Shown in pieces: positions 43,312 to 54,061 of a stretch of DNA of 55,370 bases. Under the pieces are notes generated by a model. That model saw only the letters and a program-made list of their open reading frames with translations, had not been told where the DNA came from and did not search any database. The translations under genes and the position numbers were made by a program. Source of the DNA: Rhizaria sp. SCN 62-66. Its lineage: Eukaryota. The stretch's first letter is position 1; each line of letters begins with the position of its first letter. The stretch lies in the NCBI GenBank assembly GCA_001724265.1, contig MEDY01000317.1, forward strand, positions 1 through 55,370, in the 5' to 3' direction.

Positions 43312-44960
43312 TCGAGGGAGTCTTGGAGAAGATGGCCACGAAGAAGATTATTGCTGCTGGGAGGGCTCAGAGAGAGATAAAGAGCACAAGAGCAAGATTA
43401 GGGAAAAGACAGGGAATGACTGTGCAGTACTGCTGCTGCTGTTGCTGCTGCTGTTGCTGCGGGTGCGGTTGCGGTTGCGGGTGCGGTCACTCGGAGCAAA
43501 GCTCGGAGAAGTGAGCGAGCGAGTGGGTGGGGGCGCACACAGACAGGAGGGGAAAAGCCAAGGGAGCGGAGAAAAGGCACTGAACACCCAAGAGCTAAAG
43601 CGAGAGAACAAGGAGGGCCAGGGAACGAGGGTGTCGGAAAAAAAGCGCAAGATGAGGATATGAGAGGGAACAGGCAGGAGTCGTGAGGGAATGCGATGGG
43701 CTACAGATGAGAGTGAGCGTGCGCCAGAAGGAATGCAGATTGTTTCACGCGATAGACAAACTTGAGCGACAAAACACTTAAAAATACAGAAACTTCAAGA
43801 CAGAAAGCAGCAAGAGACGTTGCATATTCGCCGACAGAACCCTTTTGTGGCACCGAACGGCGACTCGGAAAATGCATCGATGAAGAGGGGTGACTGTGGG
43901 CACAGCTTTGGAGAGTTCTTGCGACCTCAAGCCAAGAGCTACATCACCAAGCGCAGCGGAACTCGACTTGTGAGGCAGTGACGGCATCCGATGTGCCGTC
44001 ATAGTCGCGGGCCCAAACTGGCTTGGTGCTGGGGGCACGCGACCTAGGTCAGCACCCGGTTTCCAAGAGGTGTGCGATGGATTTGTGAAGATTGAACCTT
44101 TCGCGCCAGAACTCATGCACTCCACTTTAAGAGATAAAGTTGAAGTAAGCCCAAGTCGAAGCATATTATGTCAATCACACGTCTCTTTTGCGTGCTTCTC
44201 CAAGCCACACGTAGCGGAAATATCAACCCCGCCTCCGATTTCTCTCTATCCTTCTCCGTCAAGCCGGGTCAGGATCAGCTCACGGTCACTTCACATTGTT
44301 GGCCTGCAAACGGCTCTAACAAGTCGTACTGAGGCCAAAACAGCATCAATCGCAGAAATAGCGGCATTGTCATGATAGAGTGGTTGGGCGTGTATCTATT
44401 GTAATATACTGTATTTATCTCAATATCTTGTGTGGGGTCCCGGGGTGCTTCGCAGAGCCCTGCGACTGCGTATGTAACCAGTCGCAGAAGACTCATATCT
44501 TCCTGCCTCTCGTGATGGTGGTCTTATTTGTTGGGTATTATATCAAATTTTTCAATTATATTGTCTTGCATTCACAACAACAAAACAGCAACAAACCATA
44601 TGAGTCGTTGCTGCCATACTGTTATCTCGCAAAGCCAACTTACATGCAACATGATTGATGATTACGTACATGCTCCAGGCTTAGTTAGCTTCACGTTTTT
44701 AAAAGCTCAACGCAAGGCGCTATGCACACGATCTACATATTACATGGCATGGCGCTTCACGTGTTGCATTTTAGACACACACACATTCACACACATCCGT
44801 TTGTTGTTGTGTTTGTTTGTGTGCTTTGTCTTGTCGTGCTCAAGATGGAAGTGAGGCTGTTATTTGCTCTGCACCTTTGAACACCAATGATTAGCTTAGC
44901 TTAGTTAATCTTAGCTTTAGCTATGACTCAAAGAGCGTTTTCCGCTCTCAGGCCAATGCT

Positions 44961-47199
44961 TTAGCGGCGCTGGGCGCCGCCGCCGCCGCGCGTCCAGGCG
45001 GGGTTGAGACCGCTCCAGAGCTGCGCGTCCTTCTTGAAGGTCATCGTGGCCGTGTTATAGAGCGCGGCGACGGCGATGAAGACGAGCGCAAGCGAGGTCC
45101 ACAGCACGATCTGGTAGTGCACCACGGTCTCGGTCGCCTGGGCGGGCCAAGGCAGGATCGAGGCCTTGACGCCAGCGGAGGCCGAGGCGGCGCCGGCGGC
45201 CGAGACGGACACGGACGAGTCGAGCTCGATGAACACGTTGGCGAACGTGGCCTCGCCGTTCGCGCCAGCGACAGCGGGGGCGGAGGCGGCGAGGCGGCGG
45301 GCGAGGCCGCCGACGGCAGCGCGCTCGGCGTTGCCGAGCTTGGCGACGGCCTCGGCAACGCAGTGAGCGCGCGCGGAGGGCACGGCGGCGGCCACGGCGG
45401 CGGCGACGCGCGCGCACGCCTCGGGCGCGGCCAGCGCGGCGGGAGACGCGAAGAGCGAGGGGAAGGCGGCCGTGTTGACGGGCTGGCCCTTGAGCGCCTC
45501 GGCCACGGCCGCCTCGACGGCGGCGCGCTGAGTCTCGGTGAAGGCGGGCGCGGCGGCGGGCGTGCCCAGCAGCAGCGCGGATACGGTGAGCGCGTCGCCG
45601 TACGCGGCCGAGGCGGCGTTGCGGAGGTCGCCGAAGACGGCGTCGACGAGGCGCGCCGCGACGGCGTAGAGGGGCGAGTCGGTGCCGTCGCGGAGGGCGA
45701 TGGGCTTAAGGCCCACGACGGCGGCGGAGAACATGTCGGGCGCGTTGTCAGCGCGCAAGGACGCGAAGGCGTCGCCGGAGAGCGCGGTCGTCAGCGCAGC
45801 CTTGACCGCGGCGAGCTCGTTGACGAGAGCAGCCTAGAGTGCGGGGAGCAAAAAGAAGAGGATGAGGAGAGAAAGATAAGAGTTTGTTTTTGGGGAGATA
45901 TATGACATGTTAAAAAATTTCCCAATTCAAAGTTCAGACCCTACAGAGTGAGAGGCTGTGATAATTGTTATCTCCGCTTTAAGACGTAAATCTGACGTAC
46001 CTGGAGGGGGTCCGCGAGGTCGAGCTGGGGGATGGAGGGCTCGCCGACGAACTTGACCGACACGAGCATGGAGCCCTGCTCGGCATCGCGCGTGAGGCGG
46101 GCCAGCGGGGACGAAAGCACAGAGACGGGGTCGGCCATCGCGGCCTCAGTGGCGGCGATGAGCGCGTTGGCCGTCAGCGCGTTGCTGGCGGCGGAGAACT
46201 TGCGCGCAGAGTAGTCAGTGTAGCGCGCAGTGCCCGCAGCCGCGTCGGCGGCGATGGTCGCCACATTCCAGTTCTGCGTGTTGAGCGCGGACTCGTCGTC
46301 GCTGGTGCCGAACGAGGCGGCCAGCTCGGGGTGCAGGCCGAGCGAGTTGGCGAGCTTCTCGTTGCCGGAGACGGCGACCTGGAGCGAGCGGCCGTCGAAC
46401 GACTGCGCAAGGCGGTCCGCCACGGACGCCACGGCGGGCGCGGCGGCGGGCGCGGCCGTCATCGCGGACACGACGTCGCCCTGCTGCGGGGACGCGGCCC
46501 AGGAGCAGGCCGTGACGCCGTGCACGCGGGGGGTCACGCCGCGCACAGCCGTGTTAAGCAGCGCCAGCGGCGAGGCCAGCGCGGCCGAGGCCGGCGTCGA
46601 GACACGGGCGCCCAGCGAGATGGCTGAGTTGGAGAGCGTCGAGAGCACGGGCATGTGGCCCTCGTTGAGCGCAGTGACGCCCGCAGAGTGCACCGTGAAG
46701 AGCAGCGCGGCCTTAGAGAGCTTGGCGCCGGCCTGCGCGGGCGCGAAGTCGGGGTTCGGCGCGGCGACGCCCAGCGCGTGCGAAAGCACGTCGGCGACGT
46801 TGGCGGCGTTAACGGGCGTGCCCGAGAGGTCCGCGAGCGCCGGGGAGGTCTTGTGCGCAACGAAGTAGGCGTCCGAGGCGGTCGCAGCGGCGTCGGAGTT
46901 TGTGATCAGGAGGTTGCCGCCGCGGGGGTACGCGGAGGCGGCAACGACGGACAGGGCAGAGGGCTCTGCAAGGGGAAAGATAAACAGAAGCAAATGAAGA
47001 AGGAAGTAAGGTTGGTGAGGTCAGAGCGCGCAGTTTTAAGGCAACGGAACGGCCTTCTCAGGCGGCGGCCGGGCTAACCACAGTTACAGGGCCTAGGGCA
47101 GAGAGGGTAGTTGGGACGGATTTGGGACGTACCGGCGACGTCAGTCGCGCACGCAGCTCCGGCAACAAGGGCCAGGAGAGCAACACACGCGGTCTTCAT
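44961..47199 (-). CDS. ATP6AP2/(pro)renin-receptor-like type I membrane protein (V-ATPase accessory); exons 47199-47133, 46965-46001, 45833-44961
   Basis: Signal peptide MKTACVALLALVAGAACA; VADVLSHALGV; C-terminal YQIVLWTSLALVFIAVAALYNTATMTFKKDAQLW matches the renin-receptor TM/tail pattern; two phase-compatible GTACGT introns. Confidence 0.75.
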
Positions 47200-47703
47200 T
47201 GGACTGTGCGAGCTGCAGGCGCAAGGGGAGGCGACAAAGCGGACACAAAGGTGGGGCGAGGTGAGCGTCATCCTGTCAGCAAATTCGCGTTGTAAAGTAA
47301 AGTGCGGATTTTGCACAGCAAGGCAACGGTCCATGCACAAAAAAAAGACATCCCACATAGAAAAACTATCCATCAATCTCGATATAAAAACACAAAGTAG
47401 CATACGCACATCTCGACCCAGTGATGTCTATATTCGTCTCGCCCCACAGCTCGAGGGCCTCGTCGGTCTAGAGCGACGGAGGCTGGACCGACCGGCAGGC
47501 CGACTGTGCAGTCAGACTGGTGACTGGACCGAGTCGGTTGACTGGGCAGGAAAGCAAGCCGCATGAGCTCGCAGTTGAGATCTGTCGAGATGATTTGTGA
47601 GTTTGTTTCGGACGTGAATAGTGCATTGCGCGCATTTCTGGACTGCCTTCGTCGTGCTCATTTTTACTTTCTTTTTTCATTTGTTGCGTCGCTCAACTAG
47701 GAC

Positions 47704-48394
47704 ATGAACGGCCTTTCCCACCGTCTGCGCCCGTCCTTCGGCCTGGTCAAGAGCATGAAGGTTGGCTTCTACGCCCTCGACAGCACCTGCGTCGGCCTGC
47801 GGTATGTTCTATCCCCTCGTAACACTTCTGCGACTTTCTTGTAATGATTTCTTATATCCTCATGTACCCATTGTGGAGGTTTTATTAGCCGTCAGGGGGC
47901 GCGTTCCCGATGTCTTCGGACCCAAGGTTTTCTTGGCTGGGATAACGTGCGATCCAATGCCCTGTGCGGTCAGTACGCCTCCTAGATTCTTTGTTTTCTC
48001 TTTTCCATCTTTCTTTACCCACTTTTCTATTGTGCTATTCCAGTTATATCTCCATGTCCACTCGTTTGTGCCTCACTTTCCTCCCATTAAACCACGATTC
48101 TCTTTCTCTTGCCTCTTTGCGTATCCGGTCTACAGCTCCCTGCTTAACCTTGCTGCGACTCCTTCGATGAAGAAGACGAACCCCAAGGTGGAGGTTTCTC
48201 ACGAGCTCTTCCAGAAGCCCTCCGAGTCGTTCGTCGAGTTCAAGATGCTCGACGACTCGGTCGTCCGCTTTAACGGCACCCATCTCAAGCTCCCTGAGCT
48301 CTGGGACAAGATGGTCTTCGTCAACGCTGAGGTCAGCAAGAAGGGCATTGCCTCCGACGCAGAGAAGCAGATGATCAAGGAAATCGACATGTAA
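47704..48394 (+). CDS. Mitochondrial ribosomal protein mL53-like; exons 47704-47801, 48136-48394
   Basis: LVKSMKVGFYALDSTCVGLRSLLNLAATPSMKKTNPKVEV..SESFVEFKMLD..FNGTHL follows the mL53 pattern; phase-2 GTATGT..CAG intron; TAA stop. Confidence 0.7.
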
Positions 48395-49073
48395 AAGAGC
48401 AGAACACACAAAACACAGTTCTCAGCTCAGCATTCTCACTCACGAACAGCGTATCGCTTTCTTGTTTGCTTTGCTCGCCTCGACATAGTTTGCTCCCTGT
48501 CTTTATTTCTTTCATCAGCATTCATATAACTTATTGAGCGAGATATGGTAGCATTCAGTCTTTGCGGCAAATGCTAACAATCATCGCTCGACCCACCCCG
48601 TTACGTAGTTTTCACAAGAGTTGTTTCGTTTACCCGGCCCTTTTTTTCGGTGCCGCAGTTGCAATTGCAATGCGATACTTCAACTTGGAGGTGCCCTATG
48701 CTTTCTGCACTGCTTGGTTTCTCTATCAGCACTGCACACGCCACGTGCAGCAACTCTTTTCTCCATAGATACATCCCATTTTTTCAGCCTTAGCATTTGT
48801 CACTGCGGAAGTTCGGGTGCTGCATCCGTGAAGCGATGGCAATAACAATAGCTTCCTTGTATTCACATCTTCACAACGACTCCTTGCAAATACTTGTACG
48901 TACATACTAAACTGTTTAAAAAAAGAGCCAAATATCACAGTTAAATAACAAATTCACTCGCACACACTACATTGACGTTCACGTCACCAACATTATCGAT
49001 CACACAAGCACCCATAGGCACCCACAACAAGCAGACCCCGCAAGTGTTCCATGCATTCCCTGCATTGCGCTGC

Positions 49074-50594
49074 TCAGAAGGGCCACCAGCGCGCGCTGAA
49101 GATGTTGTGTGTGCAGTCGCCCTTAAAGGTGAGCTTCTGCATGTACGACTGGCCGTACTCGCCGCGCATGAGGTAGTGCGCCTGGTACGGCACGTTGACC
49201 TGCACGCCGGCCCAGGGCACGAGCTGCAGGGGGAAGATCGAGTCCCAGGGCCGGCGGTAGAACTTGAAATCGCTCTGCGCGCCGACCACGTACACGCGAC
49301 CGTCCTGGAAATATCAGAAACATAGGATACAAAACGTTGAATAGATGAGTGAGTGAAAAAGCAAAGGCAGTATTGATACAAACAACATGCATACATATAT
49401 CCAAATATAAGCTAAAAAGCAAAGAAATCTCGCGAGAGGTCGCGAGTAGTGTTCTTCCGTGTTGCGTTGCAGCTGAATTGTTGAGTTGCGTCGATTTGAG
49501 TCCGCGTACCTCGGGGTCTGTCTGCTTGTCCCAGAACCAGATGTCGACGTGAGGACCCTGCGCGCCGACCTTGTTCATAATCTGGATGAGACCGCGCGCC
49601 TTGCTGTAGGTTGCGTGCGTGTGGCCCGCCTCGGTCGAGAACATTGCCACGATGCGCATTGCTTCGGCGTCACCCGGGTGCACCATCGAGTAGTCCGTGT
49701 CGTGGTCCCAGGGGTTGATGGTACCCAGGCGCAGCACCTCCAGCAGCGTCGCGCTCTCCGCCCAGAACGGGATGTTGTTCGCCACCAGGACGCCAGTCGC
49801 GAAGCGGGAAATGCTGTGCGGGTAAGAGACGGGTAAATAAGACAAAGCAATGGAAGCGACGAAGGCAACGGAGGCGAGAGCAGAGAGAGGAGAGATGAGC
49901 AGGAATACATCTGTAAGAGACACGAGGCAACATGTGTATACCACATTTTAAAGACAACATGTAGTTTTCGCGATACGCCAATGATAATACAGATGTAGAG
50001 ATGTTCGAGCTTTGACGTACTCGACGGTGGTATCGAAGTATTTCGTGCTGACGGCGCAGCGGAAGACGTAGTAGTAGATCTCAAACGTGAAGGCCAGCGC
50101 GCCGTTGATGGAGCAGAGGATTATCATGAAGCGGATCCAGCGGCGGCGCTTAGCCAGGTCAACCGTCTGGGTAGAAGAGGGACAAAACAGACATAAAAGT
50201 GGGGTTTGTGAGTGATTCATGCAATCATAAGGTACATTAGCGCGTATAACAAAGATATACATGCTTAGTCACAGTATATTCGCGATCAGACACAATTTGA
50301 GCACGAAAGAGCGTTCAATCAGCGCACACCGCGAAGTTGCGAGGCAGGAAGACGAACCTTCGAGAAGCGGGGCCAGTAGATAAGCGCGCCGAGGACGGTC
50401 AGGAACACGCACAGCGTGGGCATAAAAATGTTCTGGTCATGCCAGGCCTGCGCAGAGAGATGGCAAATGAAGCAAGTGATGTCAAGAGGTTAGAAGACAA
50501 TGTGAGGCGAGAGTCAACAACAGAACGTGGTGCGGTGTGCGGAGGGACATGAAAAAAAGCGCTACCTGAGCGTAGGTCGTACCTTGATACCCAT
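49074..50594 (-). CDS. LicD/fukutin-family nucleotidyltransferase-fold protein with two N-terminal TM helices; exons 50594-50583, 50447-50358, 50166-50021, 49813-49510, 49304-49074
   Basis: IPFWAESATLLEVLRLGTINPWDHDTD, HVDIWFW, IFPL..VP..YG..YM; four phase-compatible introns; TGA stop. Confidence 0.85.
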
Positions 50595-50937
50595 GTTTTA
50601 AGTGATAAAGTATCTTTGTAACGTTGTTTCGAGATGAGCAGGTCTGGGATGTACTGACGGTCGTTTGACGGAGAACGAAGTTGTTTCTTTCAAGCTGCTA
50701 TCGCCTCCCCTGTCGAGTCCTCTCAGAACGTATAAGCTTGGTTTCCTAACTTGATCATTGATCGACTCTTAAACACAGATTTTCGAATCAAACATTGTCT
50801 TATTCGGATTTAAACCTAACAATATGTATTTCTTCTTTTCTGTATCTTTCTATCCTCTTTAGTTCGCGCTCTACACCCGCTTTCGTGCCCTACCACTGAT
50901 CGTTACTCGCACCAGCGCCCGCGCCCTGTTGCTCCCC

Positions 50938-52754
50938 ATGCTCGGCACCGTGGCTATTCTGCACAAGACTGGCGAGTGCCTCTTCGAGCGCAATTACGAC
51001 GGCGCCGCGCTGCCGCTTAACGCGCTCATTTCCGCCTCGTCCTCGCTCTCGCACCTCGCCAAGACGGCCTCCACCGCCGCCGCCGCCTCCGCCTCGGCCG
51101 CCGCCGCCGCCGCCGCTGCCGCCGGCGCCTCCGGCTCAGGCCCTGGCTCCGCGCCCGCCGCATCGGCCGCCGCGCTGGCCGCTGCCGCGCTGGCCGCGGA
51201 CGCGGATATCCCTCTGAGCCCGCGGCTGGACGCCGTGTCCGATGTCGCGCTATCGCAGTGTGGCAACAGTCTGCTCGCCGCGCTTAAGGTTGGGCCCTAC
51301 ACGCTGCTCGCCGCGGCCTCGGCGACCGCGGCGACGCCGCATCTGCTGGCATCGCTGCTGACCTCGCTGCAGTCGCTGCTGCACTTCTTTCTGGGTCCAT
51401 TCGCGCTGCTGGCCGACGACCCCGCGCCCCTGCGCGCGCTCTCGCACCTGATCGAGGCTCAGATCACCCGGTTCTCGAGCGACTTCGCGGCCCTGGTCGG
51501 CGCCCCGCCCTCAGCGCCCGTCGACGCGGCCCTGCGTGGCAGCCTGGAGCAGGTTCTGGCCACGGTCGAGAGCGCGGACGCCGTCGTCGGCTCAGGGCTC
51601 TTCCTAGGCGCCGCGGTCGTGCACTCGCGCCTGCCGCCCGCCGCACTCTACTGGATCTCGGCGCTACTTGCGGCGGCCGCTCCGCTCGCCGCTGCGACGG
51701 CGACAGGCGCTGCCAACGCTGCGGACAGCGCGCGCGCGGGCGCGGCTGCTGCGGCGGCGGTGGCGCCGCGGGTGCGCGTGGTGCCGGCCTTCACAGGGGG
51801 CCGCTGGGTTAACATCATCATGGTTCAGGTCAAAACCATGGTACGGCTTGCTATCCGCTTTTCAAGACCTAGTTTGCGTTTGTTTTATGCTATATGAAGA
51901 TATATACGCTTACAGAGATTTGTTCTACTGGTTTTCTTTGTTATTATTGCTGTAATTAGGTTCTTGTGTTGCTGGCGTCGATCCGCGCGCCCTTCCCGTC
52001 GCTGCTGCCGTTCCTCGCCGACCTCGAGGAGGTGCTGCTCGAGGCCCACCTGCCGCTGCCCGACGAGGCGCCCCCGCAGCAGCTGCGCCAGTTCGCCGGC
52101 CCCGACACGCTGGCCTTTGTCGTCGTGTCCCGCGAGACAGGGCTCGCGCTCGCACCCACCCCCAGGCTCACCGCCAACAGCGGCCTCCCGCAGCTCGTCA
52201 GGTACGACGCTGGCAGAGAGCGAGTATTCAACTTGAACAGATCTTATGTGACTTGAAGCGCAATTCAATACGTTTGTACGGCCCAATCAATGATCTTTAA
52301 CTGGTTTTCACGTTAATTTCTAACTTTATCTGTTGCTCTTTCTACTTGTTGTTTTTATTTGTGCGTGTATATCTTAGTTCTTTCGCGTGGTTCTACGCCC
52401 GTGCCGCAGCCGTGCTGTCTGGCACCACCATCGGCAGTGTCACACTCGCCACCAAAGGTCCGTCAATTGCCCCGCTTATTCTAATCTAGGGACACATTCA
52501 CACTTGGTTATTAGTTTATTTCACCGATCCATATCTGTTCTATATCATTGTATCTCACAGAATCATCGTTTCTTTGTTTCTCTCTTTCTCGCACACACAC
52601 AGGCTACCGATTCCTGGCCGAGTTGCGGGCGACACACGCAGTCTATTACCTCACCACAGACGCGTTATCTTCCGCGGGCATTGAGGCTGCCGCGCAAGAG
52701 TCCCTTGCCCTCGCAGTCGCCCATAACGCCATCGACCCCATCCCCACCGACTGA
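50938..52754 (+). CDS. Tri-longin domain protein of the Fuzzy/Mon1/HPS1 family; exons 50938-51840, 51960-52201, 52378-52457, 52603-52754
   Basis: N-terminal VAILHKTGECLFER longin start, LQSLLHFFLGP, GSGLFLGAAVVHS; three phase-compatible introns; TGA stop. Subfamily uncertain. Confidence 0.65.
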
Positions 52755-53003
52755 TAAGATAGAGGTGATCTGAGTTCGTTTTTTCTAAACAATGCGTTTT
52801 AGGGCCCTATGACGTCTGGCCATTGATAATACAATAGCATGATTAATTTCACACTACTTAGTTTCTAGAAATTACAAGATATGTACAATCTACAAAAATA
52901 TTGTATCGCAATAGCTTCCGATAATATATGTTTTTCTGAAGGAGCGAGCCGCCCACGGTCGGAAGGGGCAGTCGGTTCGCGAAAAAGAGAAATAAAATTA
53001 GGA

Positions 53004-53024
53004 GGCCCTTAGAGGGCCCTTAGA
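53004..53024 (+). promoter_or_regulatory. Tandem GGCCCTTAGA direct repeat upstream of RPS20, candidate promoter element
   Basis: Two exact 10-mers at 53004-53013 and 53015-53024, about 320 nt before the ATG; related AGGGCCCTA near 52801. Function is inferred only. Confidence 0.3.
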
Positions 53025-53343
53025 CCGGCCGACCGCCGCACCGTGGTGGGCTTCGTGGGACGGCTCCGAGCACCATGTTCACCATGCTTGTTCTCAGTCC
53101 ACGAGCGTTATATTCCCCCCGCGGCAATTGTTTGAGAATGCCTGGTTCTTATAGATTCTTGCAATGCAATTGCTGTCCTCACGCGGTCCACTTTGCGGGT
53201 GATTCACATCCCATTTTGGGCCGACCAGAGCTTCATCCAGCCCTGTAGAGTCGCGGTCGTCTTCCGTGCCTTCGCTGCCGTCCCCTGCTCACTCTCTGTG
53301 CTTTTTTCTGCTTCTCCGACTTGCTTCTTTTGCTCCTCTCCAG

Positions 53344-54061
53344 ATGTCTACTGCTAAGAAGGATGTCCAGGGCACTGAGGTGGCGGCTCACCGTATCCGC
53401 ATCACCCTTGCCTCGACTAAGCTCCAGTCCGTCGAGAAGGGTACGTCTAACTTGCCGCGCACACCGGCTTCCGCTCTCCTCCAAACGTCATTTCGACAGC
53501 GCGTTCATTTCGCAACCTTCTTTGCCTCTTCTTCTTACCACCACTCTTTTGTGGTCCCCAAACTCGCCGATCTTCTGCTCACTTTCTTCCCTACGCTGCG
53601 CACTCTCATTCCCCTTGTCCCGCACTCCCGTCCTCGCCTCTCTCCTGCGTCTCTTCAGTCATCTCCGACCTCCTCCGCAAGGCCCGCAACGAGAAGATCA
53701 ACGTCTCCGGCCCCACTCGCATGCCCACCCGCAGCCTGAAGATCACCACCAAGTCCGGCCCCAACGGTCAGGGTTCCAAGACCTTCGACCGCTACGAGAT
53801 GCGCATCTACAAGCGCGTTATCGACATCAACGCCTCCGCCGACACCGTCCGCAAGATCGTACGTCACCACTCTACCTCTGCACATCATACCTCTCGACAA
53901 AACAGTATGCGGCACTCGCACTCGCTTTTACCCCGTTTTTGAGACATCCGCAACTCATCCTCATTCCTTCTCTCCCCTTGCTCTCCCCTGTTATCTTCTT
54001 TCTTCAGACCGCGATCGCCATTGACCCCGCTGTCGACATCGAGGTTGCTGTTGCCGCGTAA
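53344..54061 (+). CDS. RPS20: 40S ribosomal protein S20 (uS10); exons 53344-53440, 53659-53858, 54008-54061
   Basis: HRIRITLAS, SVEKV, GPTRMPT, GSKTFDRYEMRIYKRVIDI; 116 aa after removing two GTACGT..CAG introns; strong C-ending codon bias. Confidence 0.96.

Noticed and set aside
43700-44900. Short ORFs in the spacer between the zinc-finger and ATP6AP2-like genes
   Set aside because: No GC3 bias or recognisable motifs.
34725-52377. Other TAGs adjacent to coding frames (34727-34725, 37312-37314, 45836-45834, 51957-51959, 52375-52377)
   Set aside because: These are 3' splice acceptors of introns with consensus donors, so they were not counted as sense codons.
52940-52990. GGTTCG motif suggestive of a tRNA T-loop (searched for a CUA-anticodon tRNA)
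   Set aside because: No cloverleaf stems could be formed; no tRNA recognised anywhere in the window.
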